Of a stretch of 64,000 nucleotides of DNA, positions 54,357 to 64,000 are shown one piece after another. How positions within the stretch are numbered: position 1 is the first letter of the stretch; every line of letters begins with the position of its first letter. The notes under the pieces are model-generated. The model was not told the DNA's origin. It did not search any database and saw only the letters and a program-made list of their open reading frames with translations. Source of the stretch: Ginglymostoma cirratum. Lineage: Eukaryota. Location: the NCBI GenBank assembly GCA_024137785.1, contig JAHRHZ010000069.1, positions 24,672,523-24,736,522 on the forward strand, given 5' to 3'. The position numbers were made by a program, and so were the translations under genes.

Positions 54357-54806
54357 TTTTATAGACTTCGATTTAGGGTTTTTGGGCGGACAATCAATTC
54401 TGTACATTGCATTTTGAAGTAAGATCTATTTGAGATTGTTCGATGCACTGCAATGCTCTTTACTTCGCACAGTTATGCAACAGTGGACAATTCATAAGAT
54501 AACTTTCCACACTTCAATTTGTGTGTTTAAATGGATCGAAGTCTGTGCAGAAAAAAAACTACCGAGAAGCGACAGCATGTCTTAGTCCTACAATATTCCA
54601 AAAGTGTTGTGAATCAATAGTAATGTAAATATTCATGTTAATTAAATGTCTTATATCATTATTTTTCCTGTATTGTAGTATTTTATAAATGAAACTTACC
54701 GTGGATTGGTAAATCTTACATTTTAAAGTATTTGTTAGGACGTTGATTCGTTTGCATTTCTGTACAATTTAATCCCGTTGTAAAAATTGAACGTGTCTAC
54801 CTGCAA

Positions 54807-54822
54807 AATAAAAAAAAATAAA
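54807..54822 (+). terminator. FEZF2: Tandem polyadenylation signals of FEZF2
   Basis: AATAAA at 54807-54812 and 54817-54822, about 450 nt after the stop, followed by T-rich sequence. Confidence 0.7.
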
Positions 54823-57800
54823 GTTTTCAATTCTGCATTTATTTGAATTGCACAGATACGCAAATATGGAGCGATAGCTGCCCTGTTTATTCACAAAACA
54901 AGAACAATACTTTGGGCAACGATACAAACTGATACGAAGATAGATTATTTGTTGACTTTTAACAATAAGATATTGCACATATTTCTGTTGAAATGTTATC
55001 TTTATTTTGAAGTGCTGTTTTTTACTCAACGCGATAGAGATTAGGAAACACCCGGCTCGTTCGCACGAAATGCGGCCTCGAACAGTTTCAAGTAACAAAT
55101 ACCTAGCATTTTGTTACTTTTGCTGGCAACTCAGAAGTGACTCGGAGACGTGTTGTGCCAAGGGAGGGAAGGAAAGCTGTTAACATGTCTCCACGCAGAG
55201 CAGATGGGCGAGCTCGATGGTTTTAAAGTGAAGATTGGTCAGTGGACTTCTTCCCAGTATCTCGTCTTTCCTCAGCATTCCACTTGTTCAAATAAAAGCC
55301 GCAAATTGCTTGTTTCGCCTCACTTAAGTCGCATAAATTTCACTTGTTGTAAAAGAAGGCAAATAAAAGTGAGAAACGCCATGCAGATTAATTGATTTCT
55401 AAGCAGATATTCATGATCTTCTAAACAAAATAAACGGCAAGATTTAATGCAAATACAGACAGTGATCCCAAAAACTAACTTCGCAATTTGTTTCAAACCG
55501 TGCGTCCGAAGTCACTTTAACAGGGCGAAACAGACATCTTGTTAAAAAAAATATGCTGTTTACTGACGCGATTTCGCACTTTTTATAAAGTTTTCATGGG
55601 GTTAATATCTCGATGACACTTTCAAAAACTTTTAGGACAAACCTGGTGAGAGAGTTTGTTAATCGGTGCGGGCAATTGGAAAATAGAAACCATACGGTAT
55701 GTTTGCCGTTTTTAAAATTTGAAATAAATCCAATGGTGAGAGAATCCGATTTCATTAAAGTGGATAAGTCTTTCAGTTTCGTGGTGTTTCCTTGGGAATA
55801 ACCTTGTGCGATTGGAGGCCATTTGTGCGACTGGATATTTTCTTTACGATTGATTACGAAATTGTCCAGTCTGTGTAATTGAGTTTTTAACCAAGGCAGA
55901 TTAAGTGTCTCTTCTCGACCTGCTGTCCGCAACAAATTACTGTTTTATTTTTAGAATACAGTGATGAAATGATAGCATACTTGATCCTGAGAAGAAACTC
56001 GAATCAAAAATAGAGTCAGAGACAGCCCGCTTTCCACCAGCACTTGCAGTAATCAGCCAAGCTCTCTCAGGAGAATGCATTTCCATATTAGCCAATTTGA
56101 TGTAACAGTGGATAATAAAGTACTAAGGGTTTTCAAAAAAACTCCCTTTCCCATGTTTCGCTCCTTTTAATACGGGATAATTTATTCTCCCCACGTCTAG
56201 ACGAACAATATTATTCCAGTGTACCAACAACATTCTGATTTCATCTCAGCTGCGTGCTGCTCACTCCCTGTTTCTCAATGAAATTTAAATTAACCGTTAA
56301 CAGTAAACGGTGAGACTGTCCAGGGACTGATTAAAAGGCCAATAATTTGAAGAGAATTGCATGTACACCTTTTTACAGTTAATTGAGTGGGTTAATCTTG
56401 GTGGCTGCTAGACTGGGCTGTAAAGATACCGTCATGTGCTTTTGAGTGAAACGTGTTATTTTAATTAAAATCGAAACAAAAGCGGTTTGCTAATTATATT
56501 TAAGAACCTTGTTAGGCACAAAACTCTCTGCTACAGATCGATCTATTGCTGCTTGCTGCACGTTGATAATGGAAATTGCAATTATATATGGTTTACCACA
56601 TTGCACACACGGCAAATCTTCACTGGTCTTTTGAGGCTTTTTTCTAGTCCTTGCGCCTCAATGTATTTCATATCATACATTGCAGAAACAAAAAGTTACT
56701 GTCTCTCTTTCTTAGACTTTTTTTCAGTAGCCACCGACAGGCGCTTGCTTCAACACAAGATCAAAAAGTGAAAGTCTATATGATGCTAGCTCCTTGTGTC
56801 CCAGTGGCAAAAACCATTGACTTCCTCAAACAAACGGGTGTTCTGCGCTACTCCATCGCAACGATCATCCCACAATCGATGTGCTAGCTTGCAAAGACCA
56901 AACTGAACAGGTACAACTGCGGCTTGTATACACGTTCAAACTTTGTGTTCTACTTTTGTCATTGGCGGTGAACGCATTACAACTATTGACAATAATGGCC
57001 CTGGAAGCTCGTGCAACACCGACCTACTACAGATGCTCCCTCCAAAAAAATCGCATTTATCCCAGAATATCTAGGAAAATGTCTTATTTTAATCCTTGGG
57101 CCTTGAAGATGCGGCAACCTCCCCTTCTGTTAGCTGCAAACTGGCTTTCTCTTCTGGAATACGGTTCCCCTTCAAACCATTTCCGATAGTGAAAATAACG
57201 TCTTTCAAAACGTTACATATTCAACATACGTTCACAGATATATACATTTCCAAGTTAAATGTGTACCGAGGTGGCGTTCTATGGATTATTACATGCACAA
57301 TTCACAGATCTTGCACTTCAGTGTGTGGAGTGAAAAACAATGTTTAAACTGAATGACGCTCTAACACTTTCAGCTGACCAAAAACGAAACTCAAATTATT
57401 CCTCACAAATTGCAGCGTTATGTGTTGCCATTGGTTACAATACCATGAAGTGTTTTGGAAGTAACTTCCAAGAAGTCTGGGCCCATTGCAATATCAGTAA
57501 AACTTATAGTAGCCTTCAGTTGCTCGGCTAAGTTTAAAAATGTCAACGCAACCACTGCTGCGAGTTGAAATACCCCACGTCCCAAGCATACTTACTTCAT
57601 AAGGTTTGCTATAGATGCAAGCGCAAATTGGGAAACTAGTCGCAGCAGGTCAGGGTGGATTAAAGGAATAAACATGCCCAGATTTATTTACAGGTCTGGT
57701 TACACCATATTCATAAATACAGCTGACTGACACCTCAGGTTTTAATTGGCAACTGGGAGATATTTTTGCTTCCTGGGGAGATACAATCAAGAGCAAACCT

Positions 57801-60800
57801 GGAGAGACAACAATCTGAAAAAGTCAAAAAGCATTGCTGAATCCATCCCCATGCCAAACACCAGCCTGGGTGTACGTGCGCATGAACACTGTACATAAAT
57901 GTTGGAGTATGCCTCCGTACTTACTTTGTACATTTATACAGCACGTATACAATCCAATCCATAGGTGCAAGTAGATTTCTGACCGTCTTTGTATAAATAC
58001 TGTGACACTTCTGCCAGGCTATAATGTCAACAGCAATCGTGCCTTTTGCAGATAACTGCTATTTGTCAACTTGTTTCTTCACGATAACCAAAAACAGTTT
58101 AGTCTGGCAAATTCCGGTCAATTTGAGAGACATTCCTTGTAAATTTCCTCAAATCGTGATTTGTCGCTAGTGACCAGAATTCATGTAATGCTGATTTGTC
58201 GACCGAAAATGTATCATCGTGATAATGGGACTGTTTCGAGGTTCTCCAAAGCGAAGACGAAATTATACGTTAGAGGAGCTAAATCAACACTTTCATATTA
58301 TTTTGACTCATTTTTGGTGGCAATTAGGAAAGCATCAAACTTGACATTACCCACTACATGTTAGGGTATTATAACGTTTCATAATTTACACAATACCAGG
58401 GTCATTTCACTGGAAGGATTCTAACGGTTCCGCAGTGCAAAACAATGAATTAAGACAATGTTATACCAAAAGAAAAGCCTGATACAATATATCGTGTTCA
58501 TTGCTTTCAGTGGAATATTTGGTATTGATTCTTCAGAATGATTATCCCCTTAACGATTGTTGATGATAGGTTTCTCTGCACTTATAACCCCCGCACTCGA
58601 ACAATGTTAACCGTGTTTGATTTTGTATCGATATTTTAGTTTATTTAAGAAAATCCCCATTTATCGTTTTGCTGCGGTTTATCCACAATCCCAGTTCCAT
58701 TTAAAGCAAAGGGTTTTATTATTAAATATACTTGCAATATGAGTATACACCAACATTTTATATCCCTCTTCTCGGATTTATACATTTACTTAAGGTCTGA
58801 GGAACTACAAACCAGTGCTATTTTCACACAAATCAAACATTTATTTATGATGCAGAGGACTCAACGTGATCATATTTAAGGTTTGAACAGTTGACATCTG
58901 CATAATTAATAACGGTAAAACGATTTATGTAATTGGCGAGCATGTAAGATGGAAAAACATTTTTTCATATCAACTGAATAATATCAATGAACAGTATAAA
59001 ATACTATTAAAATGTCTTTAGAGGGATCAGGCGTGTGACAATGTCCCACTTGAGAGCGCCAACTCCAGCTTGAAACTCATCAAATATTTTTGACGGAGAG
59101 AAGCGGTTAGGATAGCTCCTTCACACAATAAAGTTACTTCTCAATCGTAGTGCTGGACGTCTGGACTTTACTGATAGGCTCTGTGGCCGCTGTTAATAAT
59201 TCCTGTCGTGTATAATTACAGAAGCAGTTATGATACTGCTGGCCCTCGCAGAGATCTAATTTTAGCAAACTTTCAGCATGTTCGGAATTGAAAACAAAAG
59301 CACAATCGATAGCCACAGATAACCTTTCAGTACCAGTAATCATAAGCAAAAAAAAGTCGAGATTATTAAAAACCATGTTACTGTTGCAACAATAATAGGC
59401 TTAGATCCTTCCTATTCTCAGGATTGCACCATTGTATTGTGTCCGCCGTACTTGTTAAAAATCAGCAAAATGTGCTCGATTAGCTGGGCAGTTCTCACCT
59501 AATGGCGTTTGCAGGTGACGAGTTTCTGAGCACAGGAAGTTTCCGGCGAAGATACCAAGTACATTTTTGCACTGCAGTCTGGTTGCAGGTTCTCTCCCTA
59601 CCCTATTTGAGAACAAACTTTATGTGATCAGGAAGATTATCATGATCGCCCAGCTACCGCCCATCCCTGCAACATCGGGATGAAGCGGTGTAACTACGGC
59701 TATCAGTGTCCAATGTCATTTACAAAATAAAAATGCAATGGAATCTAGTTCTCTTATTGTTTATTACAACCAGGATGTCTACCAAATTCGTTATGAACTT
59801 TTCAGCGTCACAAGTTATAATTCAGAGGTCCGTGTATCCTAAAGAGCTGGTAAAGTGAAAACAGAAACAATAATAATTTAATGAGAACCATTCAAGGGAA
59901 TTCGCTGGGGCCGCAATTCTAAGAGGAGTGGAAAAGCCTTTCTCGGGTCCCGAAACACTATCGATATCGTTAGACCCGCATGGATAAAGCACAGCAAGCG
60001 CAGAACAGTCATTCAAATGTTTTAAACAGTGCATTTAAAATTGTACGGGGCTGACAGGAGCAGCGAATCTAAAGATTTGCTGAGATTCCGATATGGAACG
60101 AAAGACAAAGTACAATCAACAACCCTTTCAAGCAGAGTTTTAGTTTGTCTCTTGTATTAAACCATTTGCCAGGGCTCCTTGTTGTGGGGACTCATGATGC
60201 ACTAGGACCGCGCGGAAGACCCGGGTCAGTGTCAGGACTGGCAGTAACCTGGTGCATTGAGAAAGTGCTGGGAAGTAAACAACCTCAAGACAGCGCGTTG
60301 CCCTTTTCTCTGCGCTTCTTGTTAAAACATCTGAGCAACCAGTTTTGCTCCTAGAAACATGTTAATTGACAACGGAGCTCATTATTGTATGCACATGCAA
60401 AACACAGAGAGAATGATTAAATGGACAAAAGCGCAATAATGAACTGTCAACAATCGAGTACATCTATACTACCAGGATCACTTCATAATAGGGCAGTTAA
60501 ACTCAACAAAGGATTGTCTGGAACAGGAAGAAAGAACGACCTATACTTTTGTTTAGTCAACACAATTGATTACAAATGAGGGATTAGTAGAGTAGCTTCA
60601 GATTTTAAAGGGGAAAAAGAAAAGTCCAATTAAGTCCACCAAATGTTAACTACAGGGCCTTCCAGCTCGGTACAAATGAAATTCTCATCAAAACATCCCT
60701 CGCGATCTTTTGGAAAGTAATTTGTTTCCCCGAACGAGCAGAAAAAGCGTCGCATTAGTGAAGAGAAAGCGCCAGAGCTTGGCACAATGAGCACAGCAGA

Positions 60801-61502
60801 CACATTGCGAGCGCCAAGGGGAAGTTAATGAGTTTCAGCATCTGACAAATCGCTTGGATGTATTCCTAAAAAATGCTAGATAAAGGATATATTGCCCAAC
60901 CATTCTCTATGAAATGCAAAACCCCGGGGATTCTCAGCACCGTTGAACATTAAATATTTTGCTAAGCAAAATGATACAAGCCGCTGTCGAACTTTTTTGA
61001 GACGCAGTTTCAATTTCCAATGATTTACTGCTAATTTCAGATCCGTGTCAGCAGCGAACTCATGTTCCCCTTCTGAAAGGTTGCGAAATAATAGCAGTAA
61101 TCACACAAAAACAACGCATTAAAGAAAACCAACTGGTTAAACAGTTAAAAGTCCAAATTGCAAAGCTATTTCAAGATTAATTTTATACAACGTGGACCAG
61201 CGGGAACCCGAAAAAGAGACCCAGCATATTTAAACATAACTTTACAAACTATCGCTTGCAAAACACTGAAATGTATTGTGTCCAGCACTAAATGCGTGAC
61301 TTCGTATGCGTCACGCTTTATTCTTGCTAAATTTGCTTTCCTTTTTGACATTGTTGGAAGACGACTGTTCATACAGTAAGTTTAAACAATTATGTTTAAA
61401 AACTTAAGGAAAAAAAGGACAATTATAATTGTAAGCAATTCTCATAACGTCTTCCAGTTCCGGGACCATGCGACACTTCAACCTGTCAGTTAGAAATAAT
61501 GA

Positions 61503-61765
61503 GAAAAGGAATATAGGGATGGAATAAGCTGTTCAGACCCTCAAACCCATCGTCCAATTAGATCATGACTAAACTGAGTGTCTTTTCTGCCGCCTTGCTC
61601 TCTCCATCCGTATCCCTTAATACCCTTTTCTCACAAACATCTATTTCAGTTTTGACTCGCTACCACCGGCTTTTTCAGCACCCGAGTTTTACATTTGCAC
61701 TGCCTTTGCGGGAAGTGGTCCTTCTTGCAGTCAGGTTAACCACTTGGTTGTAATTTTAAGGTAGT
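61503..61765 (-). mobile_element. CR1 3' UTR fragment
   Basis: Similar to 43580-43820 (gctgttcagaccctcaaacc...attagatcatgact). Confidence 0.65.
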
Positions 61766-61929
61766 TCTTTTTTTGAAGGTTTGGTATCAGTCACTCTCAA
61801 ATACCAGTTACTTTGTGGACTGGGAATTGCACTTAGTACAACTTTATAGTCGCAGAACTCCCTCCTTTCTGAACACCTGTTTTAAATATTAGAAACAAAT
61901 TACATTTGCCCTTCAGCTTTCCCATGCGG

Positions 61930-62153
61930 GAAGGTAAATGTTGCCGTGACTGGCCATGAGGTCCAGTCTAATGCTCAGGAACAAGTTCGAATCCCAACAT
62001 TGCCCGTATCATTAATAAGTCTTAGTCTCAGTAATAATATGTTTACGGTATTGCCTGGACAGGAACATATGTGACATCAGACCCACGGCAATGTGGTTGA
62101 CTCTGTTCTTGAAATGGTTTTATAAACGACTGAGTTAAAGGATAATTAGGGAT
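61930..62153 (+). mobile_element. SINE family X, 5' part (its tail continues at 63450-63510)
   Basis: ctaatgctcaggaacaagttcgaatccca head; cagacccacggcaatgtggttgactct body; stops at aattagggat. Confidence 0.8.
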
Positions 62154-63449
62154 TTATTTAATTTTTTATTATTTATTCATTCTGTGGGGTGTAGACATCG
62201 CTGGCTGGCCAACATTTATTGCCCGTCCCTAGCTGCCCTTGAGAAGTTGGTGACGAGCCGCCTTCTTGAACCGTTGAGGTCCACCTGCTGGGGGTTGACG
62301 CACAATGCAAATAGGAAGGGAATTCCAGCATTTTGACCCAGTGACAGCAAAGGGATGGTGATATATTTCCAGGTCAGAATGGCGAGTGGCTTGGAGCAGA
62401 ACTTGAAGGTGGTGGTGTTCCCGTATATCTGCTGCCCTTGACCTTCTAGGTGGAAGTGGTCGTGGTTTTAAAAGGTGCTGTGTGAGGATCTTTGGTGACT
62501 TTCTGCAGTACATCTTTTAGATAATACACACTGCTGTTACTGAGCATCCAGGATGGAGGGAGTGGTGCATGTGGATATAGTGCCAATCGAGCCGGCTGCT
62601 TTGGCTTGGATGGTGTCAACTTTCTTGAGTGTTGTCGGGGCTGCACTCATTTAGGCAAGTGGGGAGTATTCCATCACATTCCTGAGTTGTGCCTTTTAGA
62701 TGGTGGACAGGCTTTGGGGAGTCAGGTGATGAGTTACTTGCTACAGTACTCCTAGTTTCTGGCCTGCTCTTGTAGCCACTATGTTTACGTGGTGAGTCCA
62801 ATTGAGTTTTTGGTCAATGATAACTCTCAGAACGTTGACAGTGGGGTATTCAGTGATGGTAACACCATTGAATGTCAAGAGATGGTGGTTAGATTGTCTC
62901 TTTTTGGTGATGGTCATAGCTTGACATTTGTGGGACACGAATGTCACTTGCCACTTGTCAGTTCAAGCCTGGATATTGTCCAGATCTTGTTGCATTTGAA
63001 CAGGAACTGCTTCAGTATCTGAGGAGTTGCAAATGGCACTGAACATTGTGCAATCATCAGCGAATATCCCCCTTCTGACCTTATGATTGAGGGAAAGCTC
63101 ATTGATGAAGCAGATAAAGAAGGTTGGGCCTCGGACACTACCCTGAGGAACTCCTGCAGAGATGTCCTGGAGCTGAGATGACCGATCTCCAATAACCTTG
63201 CCCATCTTCCCATGTGTCAGGTATGATTCTAACAACCGGAGAGTTTGCCCCCAGATTTCCACTGATTCCAGTTTTGCTAGGGCTCCTTGATGCCACACTT
63301 GGTCGAAAGCAGCCTTGATATCAAGGGCTATCACTCTCACCCTACCTCTGGAATTCAGCTGTTCTGTCCATGTTTGCACTAAATTTTTAATGAGGTTCAG
63401 AGCTGAGGGGTCCTGGCAGAACCCAAACTAGGTGCCAGTGAGCAGGTAT
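62154..63449 (-). mobile_element. LINE family X, 5'-truncated RT copy with intact 3' tail
   Basis: ORF 62963-63379: ALDIKAAFDQVWHQGALAKL...AGVPQGSV...IFADDCTMF (non-LTR RT). The 3' tail and AT-rich end lie at 62154-62240. Confidence 0.92.
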
Positions 63450-63827
63450 GATGGTGACAAATGCCGGTTTTGTCAGTGATGCTAACATCCCCACGGAAGA
63501 ATGAAGGAAAAGTAGACATTTGGAACCTTCAGTAAGTATGTAAATTGGTCTAAGGAGACATTACATTGCATTAGAATTAAATGCCATACTTGAGGTTCAT
63601 GTGATGTGAGCTTCAGTGGGTCAAGCTGGGACTATAGCGTGAAATGATGCTCCATCCATACATACTGGAAAGCATTTAGCATGAAAATAGTGCCGTCAAA
63701 TCTACATGGTTGACTCAGTATGATGTTTAAATAAAAGTAAGATAATTATCATGTCACATCTTATTGGAGAAATTAATAATTAAGATGGAAGATACTGGGG
63801 AGAAACATGAACCCCAGCTACCCAAAG

Positions 63828-64000
63828 AGGAACAGGAATAGTTCATTCAATTCCTCAACAGAGTTTTGCTATTCAATCAGATCATAGCTGATCTGGATTT
63901 CAACTCTACACATCTGGCTCTAATCCATGTCTCTTGACACTCTTATCCATCATAAGTCTGTTGATGATATTCTTGCAAATTTCAATCGATCTCACATCCA
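63828..64000 (-). mobile_element. CR1 3' UTR fragment running off the window
   Basis: aggaacaggaatag...attcaatcagatcatagctgatctg, a reverse CR1 3' end containing the AGATCA-N4-TGATCT hairpin. Confidence 0.7.

Overview
Vertebrate genomic DNA, most likely from a cartilaginous fish (inferred from the repeat families: CR1 LINEs, Deu-domain SINEs, Penelope-like elements). Two host genes lie on the + strand in the conserved gnathostome order. The first is the last coding exon and 3' UTR of CADPS (15013-15192). The second, about 36 kb downstream, is a complete FEZF2 gene (probable non-coding exon 1 plus four coding exons, 51714-54356, 444 aa, eh1 motif and six C2H2 fingers). The first 40 kb is CpG-depleted and rich in decayed transposons: nested CR1s, a second CR1/L2/Jockey-group LINE family with a partner SINE, Deu-SINEs, a Penelope GIY-YIG remnant and a Harbinger transposase remnant. 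From about 40.3 to 61.5 kb the DNA is AT-rich but keeps its CpGs and has fewer repeats, which suggests a large unmethylated domain around FEZF2. The most unusual observations are: (1) two LINE copies inserted antisense at a GAT in the 5' arm of the 3'-terminal stem-loop of a related element; (2) a LINE whose 5' leader matches the body of the local tRNA-like SINE, so that the SINE looks like LINE head plus LINE tail; (3) a roughly 107-bp-arm foldback of a CR1 fragment; (4) a roughly 250-bp direct duplication of apparently unique non-coding DNA between CADPS and FEZF2. Almost all other ORFs in the track are repeat fragments or noise. Family names and gene identities come from recalled sequences, not database searches, and repeat boundaries are approximate.
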